From an uncultured Solirubrobacterales bacterium (GTDB lineage: Bacteria; Actinomycetota; Thermoleophilia; Solirubrobacterales; JBBDJG01): 64,000 bases of DNA. Positions 29,347 through 39,540 of this stretch are shown in pieces. Position 1 is the first letter of the stretch, and every line of letters starts with the position of its first letter. The stretch lies in NCBI GenBank assembly GCA_963731895.1, contig CAVSXO010000007.1, positions 324-64,323 on the forward strand. The letters run 5' to 3'. Below the pieces are notes generated by a model, which saw only the letters and a list, made by a program, of their open reading frames with translations, was not told the origin of the DNA and ran no database searches. The translations under genes and the position numbers were made by a program.

Positions 29347-30702
29347 GTGGCACCAGCGGGGCCGAGTTACGGAGGAATACCCGACGTGTATTCACTTTGT
29401 GTGGCAAGTGCGGTCACGGTGCTGCTCGCCTCGAGCGTGCCCGCCATTGTGCATGCCCAGGAAGTGCCTGAACGCCGGCCCACTCGTCCACTCTTTGGCG
29501 CGCCCGATCCACGCGGTGAGAGCGAAGGCGGAATCTCGGTGAGCGGAGCACTCTTCGGCTCCTACGACGACAACCTTCTCCTCAACAGCCAGGGATCGGC
29601 AACGCGACCGCCCCCGGGTGCCGTCCTGGCCGAGCCGATCGCGGGAGCAGCAGCCGGATACGATTCGGCGCTCTTCCTCAAACTGCCGAGCGAACAACCG
29701 ACGTTTGAGGTCAGCGTGGCCAGTGCGGGCCGCTACCTTCCCGAGTTCAACGACTTCATCCCTGGCCGGCAGATGGCTGAAGCGTCCTCGTCCGTGTCGG
29801 GGACGCCATGGCGGGACACGACGCTGCGCGCGACTGGCTCGGGGCGCTATTCCTTGAACGCTCCTCCCTTCCTCACTGCCGACTCGCTTTATGACGTCGA
29901 CGTCGATCTGCCCGACGGCGGGGATTCCGTCCGCCTTCGAGAGACCAACGATATTCGCGGAGTGGTCGAGCTCGAGCGCGAGTGGGGTGGAAGCAAGTCA
30001 GTGGGGGTCCTTGGGGGCATTCACTCCTCGCAGATCGACGGTGGAGATCGGCACGAGCTCTACGACGTGGGCGCGAGGTTGGGCGTCAGGATGGGCCGTT
30101 ATGGCGCGTTTCGGGCGAGCTACGTCCGCCAGGATGTCGATCGCGGCACGTCGCAGTACGTCGTTCATCACCTCAACATCGGCGGTGACTACGTGCGACC
30201 ACTCTCGGCCTCGCGGCGGGCCTTCATCGCATTGAGTGGCGGCTCAGCCGCGCTCGAATCGCGAGACGCGCTGCGTATGAGTGCCATCGGCGATGCCGAC
30301 TTCTGGTACGAGTTCAAGCAGTCGTGGGTCGGTGCGCTGCGGTATCGCCGCGGCATCACCTTCATCGACGAGGTCGACGACCCGCTCCTGTCGGATAGTG
30401 TCGGCGCCGAACTCACGGGGCTGCTGTCCCCGCGCGTCGACTTCCTCGCCTCAGGATCGTTCGCGCACGGCGTCGTAGGAGTGGACAGCGGCCAGACGTA
30501 CCAGATGTACGGGGCGCGCGCACAGCTTCGTTACGCGCTGTCGCGAATGATGGCGCTGTACGGGGAGTACACCCTCTATCAGGACCAGTTCCCGGAATCG
30601 GTTCCACTCACCGGGGGAATCCCCTCGGCATTCAATCGACAGGCGGTACGGGCGGGACTGACGGTCTCGACCCAGCTCGTCGGGTTGGGACGAAGAAACT
30701 GA
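29347..30702 (+). CDS. putative outer-membrane beta-barrel protein (PEP-CTERM-system-associated, uncharacterised)
   Basis: GTG at 29347 with a signal-like N-terminus (...LLASSVPAIVHAQ). About 420 aa show alternating-hydrophobic strand-like segments. Its position between the export protein and the chain-length determinant matches the conserved hypothetical OM protein of such loci. The fold is an inference. Confidence 0.45.
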   Translation: MAPAGPSYGGIPDVYSLCVASAVTVLLASSVPAIVHAQEVPERRPTRPLFGAPDPRGESEGGISVSGALFGSYDDNLLLNSQGSATRPPPGAVLAEPIAGAAAGYDSALFLKLPSEQPTFEVSVASAGRYLPEFNDFIPGRQMAEASSSVSGTPWRDTTLRATGSGRYSLNAPPFLTADSLYDVDVDLPDGGDSVRLRETNDIRGVVELEREWGGSKSVGVLGGIHSSQIDGGDRHELYDVGARLGVRMGRYGAFRASYVRQDVDRGTSQYVVHHLNIGGDYVRPLSASRRAFIALSGGSAALESRDALRMSAIGDADFWYEFKQSWVGALRYRRGITFIDEVDDPLLSDSVGAELTGLLSPRVDFLASGSFAHGVVGVDSGQTYQMYGARAQLRYALSRMMALYGEYTLYQDQFPESVPLTGGIPSAFNRQAVRAGLTVSTQLVGLGRRN

Positions 30703-32240
30703 TGCTGCCAGGCAGAGTTTACACGTTCGATGACATCGCGGTCATGATCCGGCGCCGCTGGTGGCTCCTGATTCTGCCGGTCATCGTGTTCGGCGCCGGC
30801 ACCATGGCGGTGCTGGACAAGATGCCGAACAAATATCGAGCGGACACGCTGATTTTGGTCATTCCGCAGCGCGTGCCGGAATCGTACGTGCGCTCGACCA
30901 TCACCGCGCGGATCGAGGACCGGCTGCAATCGATCAGTCAGCAGCTCCTGAGCCGCACACGCCTCGAGCGCATCATTCGCGACTTCAACTTGTATGAGGC
31001 AGATCGGCAGACGTCGGCGATGGAGGACGTCGTCGAGCGGATGCGTGCGGATATCCGCGTCCAGATGGACAAGGGTGACTCCTTCCGGGTGAGTTACATC
31101 GCGACTTCGCCAACCATCGCCCAGAAGGTGACTCAGCAGCTGGCATCACTCTTCATCGAGGAAAACCTGCGCGACCGCGAGATGCTGGCTGACGCCACCA
31201 ACGCATTCCTCGACACGCAGCTGGAAGACGCCCGCCGGCGCCTCGTGGAGCAGGAAGAGCAGCTCGAGCAGTATCGCGTCCAGCATGCCGGGCAGCTGCC
31301 GTCGCAATTACAGTCGAATTTGCAAGTCTCGCAAAATCTGCAAACCCAGATGCAGGGGCTCATCGATTCGATGAACCGCGACCGCGATCGCCGACTCGTG
31401 CTCGAGCGTATGCAGCTCGAGATTGAATCGGCCCCGACCGGCGCCGCGCCCGTCAGCAACGAAGCGTCGCCGGCCGCTCAACTCGAGAACCTTCAGCAGC
31501 AGCTGACGTCGCTGGAAGCTCGACTCAAGCCCAGCCATCCCGACGTGATCCAGACGAAGGGTCAGATCCGTGATCTCGAAGCCAAGATCGCGGCGAACCC
31601 GTCAGCGGCCTACGGCCCGCCCGAGACGGGTTCGGTTGCCAACGAGGCTGCCCGGCGGCGGCGTCTCTCCGCGCTCGCAGCTGAAATCCAGACGCTCGAC
31701 CTTCAGATCGCGGACAAGGAGCAACGCCGCAAGAACTTCAACGACCAGATTGCCGGCTACGACACCCGCATTGCCGCGGTTCCGGCACGAGAATCGGAGC
31801 TTGCGTCGCTGACGCGCGACTACGAGACGTTGCAGAAGATGTACACGGATCTTCTGTCGAAGCGTGAACAGTCAAAAGTGGCGGCCAACCTCGAGCGACG
31901 GCAGATCGGTGAGCAGTTCAACGTGCTCGATCCGGCCCGCTTACCGGAAAGGCCGTTCAGCCCCAACCGGCCACTCGTCATCCTCGGTGGCCTCGCGGCA
32001 GGACTGCTCTTCGGCGCCGGCCTCGCCGGCTGGCTCGAGTATCGCGATACCTCGTTACGCTCCGAGGCAGACATCCGCGCCGCTCTGGCGCTCCCGTTGC
32101 TCGGCGAAGTCCCAGTCATCCGCACGGTCCTCGAACGGCGCCGCAAGCGGACCCAGGTCATCACCCTGTCGTTTGCCACGGGCACGCTCGTGATTGCGGC
32201 CGTGCTCATCGTGTGGAAATTCTCACTGCTCGCGATTTAG
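30702..32240 (+). CDS. polysaccharide chain-length determinant (Wzz/GumC-like, PEP-CTERM-locus subfamily)
   Basis: The ATG overlaps the upstream stop (TGATG). The N-terminal TM helix is RRRWWLLILPVIVFGAGTMAVL, followed by KYRADTLILV. A long coiled coil follows (EQLEQYRVQHAGQLPSQLQSNLQ...), then a C-terminal TM helix. The ORF is an intact 512 aa. Confidence 0.85.
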   Translation: MLPGRVYTFDDIAVMIRRRWWLLILPVIVFGAGTMAVLDKMPNKYRADTLILVIPQRVPESYVRSTITARIEDRLQSISQQLLSRTRLERIIRDFNLYEADRQTSAMEDVVERMRADIRVQMDKGDSFRVSYIATSPTIAQKVTQQLASLFIEENLRDREMLADATNAFLDTQLEDARRRLVEQEEQLEQYRVQHAGQLPSQLQSNLQVSQNLQTQMQGLIDSMNRDRDRRLVLERMQLEIESAPTGAAPVSNEASPAAQLENLQQQLTSLEARLKPSHPDVIQTKGQIRDLEAKIAANPSAAYGPPETGSVANEAARRRRLSALAAEIQTLDLQIADKEQRRKNFNDQIAGYDTRIAAVPARESELASLTRDYETLQKMYTDLLSKREQSKVAANLERRQIGEQFNVLDPARLPERPFSPNRPLVILGGLAAGLLFGAGLAGWLEYRDTSLRSEADIRAALALPLLGEVPVIRTVLERRRKRTQVITLSFATGTLVIAAVLIVWKFSLLAI

Positions 32241-32246
32241 TCATCC

Positions 32247-33011
32247 ATGTCCAAGGCCCACTCCGCTCCGATTCCGCTGTCACAGGTCATGGACGCTCCT
32301 CGTCCCGATCCCACCGCTACCCGTCCGCCCGTGAAGATGCGTCCCGGCGGCGAAGCGCGAAGCAACGCAACCTGGCAGGAGTTCGACGCCAGCTACGACG
32401 TCAGCGATGCGTATTGCCGGTTGGCGGCTCAGCTCCATCAGGTCCAGCAGACCCGGCCACTGACCACTGTGCTGATCGCGAGCGCGCTGCCAGCTGAGGG
32501 CAAGTCGCTTACGGCAGCTAACCTCGCGCGCGCGCTGAGCGAGGCCTACGGAAAGCGGGTCGTCCTCATCGATGCCGACCTGCGCCGACCGTCGCTCCAC
32601 TCGCTCTTCGGTACCCGCATGAGTCCGGGCCTCAAGGATTGCCTCGCAGGCAACAGCCCGCTCCATGCGGCCCGGTTGTCCAGCACGCTCTCGCTCGTGC
32701 CGGCCGGTACACCCGAGGCCAATCCCCTGGAACGACTGAGCTCGGGCGGTTTGCGCGCGCTGCTGCTGGAGCAGGCGCAACGGGCGGACTGGGTCATCAT
32801 CGACGCGCCCCCGCTGGCCGCCTGTCCCGACGCAGGCGTGCTCGCCGGCCTCGTGGACGGAGTGGTGGTCGTTGTGCGTGCAGGCCAGACCCCGCTGGCC
32901 GCGGTGGAATCCGCCGTCGCGGCGCTCGGCCGCGAGCGGATTGTCGGCGTCGTCCTGAACCGATCGACGTCGATTGCCACGCGGTATCGATATCCGGCTC
33001 GAAAGGCGTAG
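32247..33011 (+). CDS. BY-kinase-type ATPase (CpsD/CapB-like, exopolysaccharide tyrosine autokinase family)
   Basis: Walker A-like SALPAEGKSLTAANLA, Walker A' VVLIDADLRRPSLH and Walker B WVIIDAPPL are present. It has no TM segment, so it is split from the chain-length determinant. The tail has only two Tyr (ATRYRYPARKA). Confidence 0.75.
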   Translation: MSKAHSAPIPLSQVMDAPRPDPTATRPPVKMRPGGEARSNATWQEFDASYDVSDAYCRLAAQLHQVQQTRPLTTVLIASALPAEGKSLTAANLARALSEAYGKRVVLIDADLRRPSLHSLFGTRMSPGLKDCLAGNSPLHAARLSSTLSLVPAGTPEANPLERLSSGGLRALLLEQAQRADWVIIDAPPLAACPDAGVLAGLVDGVVVVVRAGQTPLAAVESAVAALGRERIVGVVLNRSTSIATRYRYPARKA

Positions 33012-33015
33012 CGCC

Positions 33016-34406
33016 ATGCTCACGTTTCTTTTACAGAGCATAAATGCCCGCGCGACGATGCTGATCGGGCTCGAATCGGTCCTGATCGTCGGATCACTCA
33101 TCGGCACGTCGATCGTTGTCGGTGGGACAGAGGCCTGGTCAGTCGTCGGTACGGCCGGCGGATTTCTGCGCGTCGCACTGGTGGCGCTGGTGTGCCAGAT
33201 CTGCCTGTACTACACCGACCTCTACGATCTCCGGATCATCGCGAACCGCCGCGAGCTCTTCGCCCGGACGTTTCACTCGCTCGCCGCGGCCTCGATCATC
33301 CTGGCGGTCGTTTACGCGCTGCTTCCGGACCTCGGCGTCGGTCCTGGCGTCGTGATCGCCGCCACGCTCGTCGTCATGGCCACGATTCCGGGCTGGCGGG
33401 TGGTCTTCGAGTCCGCCGTCCATCGCGTCTCACCACGGGAGCGGCTCGTCATCGTCGGGACTAACTCCGCGGCCGTCGGGCTGGCCTCCGAGCTGACCGA
33501 GCGTCGCTACTCGCTGGGACTGGAGATCGTCGGTTTCGTCACGGCCGGCGCCGCTCACACGCCCGGACCGGGGCCTTCCGCGTGCTCGGCGACATCGCTG
33601 ACATTCCGGCGATCATCCGCGAGCATCGAGTCGATCGGGTGGTCGTCAGCCTCGCGGATGCGCGCGGAAACCTGCCGATGGCACAGCTGCTCGACATGAA
33701 GATGCGCGGTGTCACGTTCGACTATCTCGCGTCCGTCTACGAGCGCTACACCGGAAAGATCGCGATCGAGAACCTGCGCCCCAGCTGGCTCATCTTCTCG
33801 GCCGGGTTCCGGGCAACGCCGCGCCTGCTCGCGCTCAAGCGTCTGGTCGACATCGTGATCTCGCTGGTGGGTCTTGTGGTGACTGCCCCGTTGATGTTGC
33901 TCGTCGGGTTGGCGGTGAGGCTGTCGTCTCCCGGGCCTGCCCTGTATCACCAGCAGCGCGTCGGGGAACGCGGCCGGGTGTTCACGGTCCACAAGTTCCG
34001 CTCGATGCGGACCGATGCCGAGGCCAGCTCCGGCGCTGTCTGGTCCCGCGAAGGCGATACACGCACGACAACGGTCGGTCGATTCCTACGGGCGGCACGT
34101 CTCGACGAGCTCCCACAGCTCTGGAACATCCTGCGCGGTGACATGAGCCTCGTGGGTCCCCGGCCCGAGCGTCCGGAGTTCATTCAGCAGCTGACCGAGC
34201 AGATCCCGTACTACGGACAGCGACACATCGTGAAACCCGGCCTCACCGGCTGGGCCCAGGTTCGCTACACGTACGGCTCGTCGGTCGAGGACTCGATGGA
34301 GAAGCTGCAGTACGACCTCTTCTACATCAAGAACATGTCGCTCGCCATGGACCTGCTAATCGTGCTGAGCACCGTCAAGACCGTGGTGTCTCGGCGAGGT
34401 ATCTGA
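33016..34406 (+). CDS. priming sugar-phosphate transferase (undecaprenyl-phosphate hexose-1-P transferase family); one frame break
   Basis: It has N-terminal TM helices and the linker LVIVGTNSAAVGLA, with a break at ~33,570. The bacterial sugar transferase domain follows: KRLVDIVISLVGLVV...VHKFRSMR...DELPQLWNILRGDMSLVGPRPERP...KPGLTGWAQV. Confidence 0.85.
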
Positions 34407-35562
34407 TGCCCAGGTCCGCGCCACTGACCGTCGTCCACGTCGTCGCATCGCTCGAAGTCGGCGGACTCGAGCGCGTCGTGCTCGACCTGGCGACACACGC
34501 CGACCGCACGCGCATCGCGCCGCGGGTAGTGTGCCTCGACCACCCTGGTGCCCTGGCATCACGGTTCACCGACGCCGGCATACCGGTCGAGTGTGTGCCC
34601 CACGCGAGCGGGCGGGATGGGAGCGCGGATCTTCCGTCTTGCCCGGTTACTCCGAGAGGCCAGCGCTGACGTGATGCATGCGCACAACGTCAAGTCGCAC
34701 CTGCACGGTGCCCTGGCCGCGCGCCTGGCTGGTGTGCCGGTCGCCGTGAGCACCAAGCATGGGCGGAACTTTCCAACCAGTCCGCGCGGCCAGATCGCCA
34801 ATCGGCTGGCGTGCCATCTATGCAGTGACCTCGTCGGCGTCTCGAGCGATTGCGCCGCGATCTGGCACGACGTCGAGTCGGCCAATGCCGCCAAGGTCTC
34901 GGTGATCACCAACGGCATCGATATCGATGCGTTTCCCTACTGGTCCGGGCCGGTCGATGAACCTCCCAGGGCCGTCAGCGTCGCGCGTCTCAGCGCTGTC
35001 AAGGATCCGCTGACGCTGCTCCGGGCGGCCAGGCGCGTAGTCGATCGTGAGCCCGGTTTCCGGCTCGATCTCGTCGGCGACGGCCCCTTGCGGGCCGAGG
35101 TGGAAGCGACCATCGATCGGTTGCGTCTCGGCCGTGCTGTACGCGTGCGCGGCAACCTCGATGACGTGGCCTCGGCGCTGAGCGGCGCGAGTTTCTTCGT
35201 CCTGGCCTCGACCAGCGAAGGCGTGTCGCTCACGTTGCTGGAAGCGATGGCAACCGGGCTGCCGGTGATCGCGACCCGTGTGGGTGGGACACCTGAAGTG
35301 GTCTCGCACGGAACGACCGGATTGCTGGTACTCACCACGCTCACCCGAGGAACTCGCGGACGCGATGCTCTGGATGCTCAGGCAGCCGGATGCCTGCCGA
35401 CGGATGGGGCAAGAAGCCAGACGCCGCGTCGAGGAGCGATTCAATCTGCGTCACACCGTCGACGCGTACGAGCAGATGTACTTGCGAGCGTTCGACACAC
35501 AGCAGCCGCCGGACGGGGCGGACGCCCGAGCCACAGACCGCGTACGAGGCATAACGCTGTGA
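34406..35562 (+). CDS. GT4-family glycosyltransferase; two frame breaks
   Basis: Conserved blocks are VVHVVASLEVGGLERVV, HAHNVKSHLHGA and EGVSLTLLEAMATGLPVIATRVGGTPEVVSHGTTGLLV. Breaks lie at ~34,600 and ~35,330. The true C-terminus lies in ORF 35278..35562 (PRSPEELADAMLWML...). Confidence 0.8.
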
Positions 35563-36656
35563 AGCTGCTGCTCGTGACCACCGTATTTCCATCACCTCTC
35601 CTGCCGGGGCGAGGGGCGTTCAACTACGAAATGGTCCGCGCGTTCGGTTCCTCGCACGAGGTCAAGGTCGTAGCACCAGTGCCATGGCCGATCGCACTGC
35701 GCGCGCGCCGGCAGTCGCGCGGCTGGCAACACGCCCGTCGACTGGACGGCATCGAGATTCAACACCCGGTGTATTACTACACGCCGCGCGCGTTGCGGAG
35801 CTACTACGGCGCCTTCCTGCGATGGTCGATTCGCCGCTCCGTCGATGAGATCCTGCAGGGGTTCGCGCCGGACGTCGTCGTCGGCTACTGGGCGCACCCC
35901 GACGGGCACGCCGCAGTTGCGCTCGCTCGCCGACTGGGTGTTCCGGGTGTCGTGATGGTCGGCGGCAGCGACATCCTCCTGCTCGGCCGCGAAGAGGGCC
36001 GCGCGCGCCTGATTCGACAAGTCCTCGAGGACGCCGATGCCATCGTGACGGTCAGCGAGGACCTGAAGCGGGCGTTAGGCCGCTGGGCGCTGCCCGCTGA
36101 CAAGGTTCAGGTCGTATACCGCGGCGTCGATCTGACGCGCTTCACTCCGGGATCGCGCATCGAGGCCCGCCGGCGGCTGGGAATTCGTCAGGCCGGGCAG
36201 ATGCTCCTCTACGTCGGGCATCTCGTCCCCGTCAAAGGCCTCGAGATCCTGCTTGCCGCGTGCGCCCGCGCGAAGACCCGGTCGGATTTCCACTTGTATC
36301 TGGTCGGCGATGGTCCGCTGAAGGCCAGGCTTCAACGTGTCTGCTCGGGGAGTGGCCTGACCAATCGCGTGACGTTCGTCGGCGCGGTCAGCCATGCCAC
36401 CCTGCCCGACTGGTATCGCGCCGCCGATCGAACGGTGCTCTCCAGTCGGTCGGAAGGCGTCCCCAATGTGTTGCTCGAATCGGCGGCGGCTGGTACGCCA
36501 TTCATTGCACCGCACGTCGGCGGGATTCCGGAGATCGCCGATCCGCTCGCCGATCGTCTCGTCCCACCAGGTGACCCGGATGCCCTCGCCGATGCGATCG
36601 TCGAGTCGCTGGCGGCTGCCCCTGTCGACGAGGAGCGTGAGGCCGACCTCGCTTGA
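35559..36656 (+). CDS. GT4-family glycosyltransferase
   Basis: GTG at 35559 overlaps the upstream stop (GTGA). The protein starts VKLLLVTTVFPSPLLPGRGAFN, and its C-terminal half contains SRSEGVPNVLLESAAAGTPFIAPHVGGIPEI. The frame is continuous within ORF 34548..36656. Confidence 0.8.
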   Translation: MKLLLVTTVFPSPLLPGRGAFNYEMVRAFGSSHEVKVVAPVPWPIALRARRQSRGWQHARRLDGIEIQHPVYYYTPRALRSYYGAFLRWSIRRSVDEILQGFAPDVVVGYWAHPDGHAAVALARRLGVPGVVMVGGSDILLLGREEGRARLIRQVLEDADAIVTVSEDLKRALGRWALPADKVQVVYRGVDLTRFTPGSRIEARRRLGIRQAGQMLLYVGHLVPVKGLEILLAACARAKTRSDFHLYLVGDGPLKARLQRVCSGSGLTNRVTFVGAVSHATLPDWYRAADRTVLSSRSEGVPNVLLESAAAGTPFIAPHVGGIPEIADPLADRLVPPGDPDALADAIVESLAAAPVDEEREADLA

Positions 36657-36767
36657 GGACGCCGCGCGTCAACTGCTCGCCGTGTTTGCATCGACGATCG
36701 CCACTGCCCATCGACGCGCGCCGGCGGCAATGAACGTGCGCGCCGCGCAATCCGAGGGGGCGCGGTC

Positions 36768-37334
36768 ATGACACTCGCCCAGCTGGTCCTCGGCGACATC
36801 CGCGCGAAGGCTGAGTGGAACTACGAGCGCACGGATTGGAAGGCCCTGCTCAGGACGCTGGCGACCGACGGCACGGCCGCCATGGTGCTGTATCGGCTCA
36901 TGCAATGGGCCACGCGACGGCATCTGACGCCACTCGCGTGGATATTCAACAAGCTGAACTCGGTCTTGAACAACTGCATCATCGGCTGTGGTGCGAATTT
37001 CGGGCCTCGTCTGGTCCTCATCCACGCAACAGGGGTCGTCATCAACAGCTCCGTCCGTGGCGGTTCTGACATCCACGTCGAGCATCAGGTCACGATCGGA
37101 GCCGACCGCCGGCTGGCGCCCGTGCTGGGCGATGGAGTGTTCATCGGCGCGGGCGCGAAGATCATCGGCAGCGTACACATAGGTAGCGATGTGCGCGTCG
37201 GTGCGAACGCCGTCGTCGTGCACGACGTGCCGCCGCACTGCACGGTCGTCGGCGTGCCGGCGCGCATCGTGCGGCGCCGATCTCCGGACTCCGCCGGCGA
37301 TAGTCACCAGCCGTCGGCGATGGTTTTGATGTAG
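36768..37334 (+). CDS. serine-acetyltransferase-like hexapeptide O-acetyltransferase
   Basis: Left-handed beta-helix repeats are present (GANFGPRLVLIHATGVVINSSVRGGSDIHVEHQVTIGA...VLGDGVFIGAGAKIIGSVHIGSDVRVGANAVV). The N-terminus is helical and CysE/EpsC-like. Confidence 0.7.
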   Translation: MTLAQLVLGDIRAKAEWNYERTDWKALLRTLATDGTAAMVLYRLMQWATRRHLTPLAWIFNKLNSVLNNCIIGCGANFGPRLVLIHATGVVINSSVRGGSDIHVEHQVTIGADRRLAPVLGDGVFIGAGAKIIGSVHIGSDVRVGANAVVVHDVPPHCTVVGVPARIVRRRSPDSAGDSHQPSAMVLM

Positions 37335-37357
37335 CCGACGGGAATGTAAAGGCGTTC

Positions 37358-38510
37358 ATGACGACTATCGAGATCATGTTCTGGGTGTGTGTCGCGCTGA
37401 TTGTCTACGCGTACGCCATCTATCCGATCGTCGTCTGGGGACTGTCACGACTCTTCGGTCGGCTGGCCACGAGCCCTGCGCTTGCCGAGGACGACCTGCC
37501 GTCGGTGTCGCTGCTCATCGCCGCGTACAACGAGGAGCAGGTCATCGCGCCACGAATCGAGAACGCCCTCGCGCTCGACTATCCGGCCGACCGCCTCGAA
37601 GTCGTCATCGCCTCCGACGGCAGCAACGATGCGACAGCGCGGATCGTCAGCGCATTCGAAGACCGGCGGATCCGCCTCCTCCAGTCGCCGCTCCGGCGAG
37701 GGAAAGCCACCGTCCTCAACGCGGCGTTCCGGCACGTGCGCGGCGACATCGTTCTTCTCTCGGACGCCAACACGTTCACCGACCGCAGCGCGCTCCGGCA
37801 CATCGTCAGGTGGTTCGAGAACCCGCGCGTCGGGATCGTGTGCGGCCACCTCGTGCTCACCGATCCCGCAACGGGCCGCAATGTCGACGGCCTCTATTGG
37901 CGCTACGAGACCTTCCTGAAAACCTGCGAGGGACGCCTCGGTGCGCTGCTCGGTGCCAATGGCGCCATCTACGCCATCCGCCGATCGAGCTTCGCGGGTA
38001 TCTGGAATGACACGATCGTCGATGACTTCGTGATTCCGCTCGTGACTCGCCTGCGCTCCGGCTGCGAGATCGTCTACGACGATCATGCAATTGCCTACGA
38101 AGAGACGCCCCACGATTTCAGCACGGAGTTCAGCCGCCGCTCCCGCATCGGCGCCGGGGGCTTCCAGAGCATCATCCGGCTGCGAGGGTTGCTGAACCCG
38201 GGCCAGGGCTGGACCGCGTTCACGTTCTTCTCGCACAAGGTCCTTCGCTGGCTGTGCCCGTTCCTGCTGATCGCGCGCCTTCGTCACCAATCTCGCGCTC
38301 ATCAACGTTCCGCTCTATCAACTGACCATGACTGTGCAGGTCCTCGGATATGGACTGGCACTCCTCGGCCTGGCCACAGGCACACATCCCGGGTTCAGGC
38401 CGCTGCGCCTGGCAACGATGTTCACCGCCATGAACGCGGCGCTGCTCGTCGGCTTCTGGCGCTGGGCGTCGGGTGGCCAGCAGGGCGTCTGGCAGCGGAC
38501 GGCGAGGTAG
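37358..38510 (+). CDS. membrane GT2-family glycosyltransferase; one frame break
   Basis: It has an N-terminal TM helix and a GT-A core (SLLIAAYNEE, ASDGSNDAT, LLSDANT), followed by FSRRSRIGAGGFQ. A break lies at ~38,275. The last ~75 residues lie in the frame of ORF 38328..38510. Confidence 0.8.
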
Positions 38511-38511
38511 C

Positions 38512-39261
38512 GTGATCGCCGAGCTTCGTCACACCTTGTCCGTCTCGGATTCTCGCGTCGCGCGGGCCACTCGCGGGGTGCGGCGAGCGGTGTCTACGTT
38601 CACGCTGCCCGCCGTCACCGGCCGCATCGCCCGGCCCGTGTTGTGGTGCTTTCTGACAGCCAGGGGCATGGTGTTCTTCCTCTATCGTGTCTTCGTGTGC
38701 GAGCCGCTCTTCAAGGCGTCCTGCCGGTCCTGCGGACGCGGCGTGCGGACCAATGTGTACCTCCACTGGATTCAGGGACGCGGCAACCTCGTCGTCGGGG
38801 ATGACGTGCTGATGGACGGCAAGTGCAGCATCACTTTCGCCGCTCGCTACGTCTCGGATCCGACGCTCGTGATCGGGGATCACACCGGCATCGGGCACGG
38901 ATGCCGGTTCTCGATCGGCAAGCGGATCACCATTGGACGGCACTGTCGGATCGCCAGCGACGTGTGGATGTTCGACTCGTCTGGCCATCCGCTGGATGCC
39001 GAAGCACGACGCGCGGGACTCGCCGCTGCAGACAGCGATGTGCGGCCGATCACCATCGGGGACAACGTCTGGATTGGCGGCCGCGCGATCATCCACCCGG
39101 GCGTCACCATCGGAGATCACAGCGTGGTATCGGCTGGGGCGGTCGTGATGAACGACGTGCCCGCACACGCCGTCGTCGCAGGCAATCCCGCGCGCGCCGT
39201 GATGGGGACCAGCCGTCCGATGGTGGAGCGCAACACGGGCGGCGAACGGCTCAGAGCCTGA
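38512..39261 (+). CDS. hexapeptide-repeat acyltransferase (maltose/galactoside O-acetyltransferase-like)
   Basis: GTG at 38512 inside ORF 38473..39261. The LbH repeats read IGHGCRFSIGKRITIGRHCRIASDVWMFD ... ITIGDNVWIGGRAIIHPGVTIGDHSVVSAGAVVMNDVPAHAVVAGNPAR. Confidence 0.75.
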   Translation: MIAELRHTLSVSDSRVARATRGVRRAVSTFTLPAVTGRIARPVLWCFLTARGMVFFLYRVFVCEPLFKASCRSCGRGVRTNVYLHWIQGRGNLVVGDDVLMDGKCSITFAARYVSDPTLVIGDHTGIGHGCRFSIGKRITIGRHCRIASDVWMFDSSGHPLDAEARRAGLAAADSDVRPITIGDNVWIGGRAIIHPGVTIGDHSVVSAGAVVMNDVPAHAVVAGNPARAVMGTSRPMVERNTGGERLRA

Positions 39262-39279
39262 AAGGCGAAGGAGGAATGG

Positions 39280-39540
39280 ATGCACGCCGAGTCGGCAAAT
39301 GAACACGACCTTGCACGAGTCATGACACTCGTGCGCGAGACCGGGCACATCGGGGACATCACGCCGGATGAAGATTTCTACGACGCCGGTTTCACGTCGC
39401 TCCGATCACTCGAGCTCCTGCTGCAACTCGAAGCCGAGTGGGAGGTCACCATTCCCGACGAAGAGTTCATCGTCGCACGGTCCGTCCGGTCGCTGGGCGA
39501 GCTGATCGTCCGTCTCAAGGAGAGTACTGCGTGCGCTTGA
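39280..39540 (+). CDS. acyl/peptidyl carrier protein
   Basis: The 86-aa ORF has the PP-binding-type helix-II region DFYDAGFTSLRSLELLLQLEAEW, with Ser in the phosphopantetheine position and Thr replacing the usual Asp. Confidence 0.7.
   Translation: MHAESANEHDLARVMTLVRETGHIGDITPDEDFYDAGFTSLRSLELLLQLEAEWEVTIPDEEFIVARSVRSLGELIVRLKESTACA

Noticed and set aside
34548-36656. A 702-aa ORF that looks like a fused double glycosyltransferase.
   Set aside because: The middle ~75 residues (LTTLTRGTRGRDALDAQ...RHNA) carry no conserved sequence. The true C-terminus of the first GT lies in another frame (ORF 35278..35562). The second GT has its own GTG start at 35559, overlapping that stop. The long ORF is a read-through artefact of a frame break.
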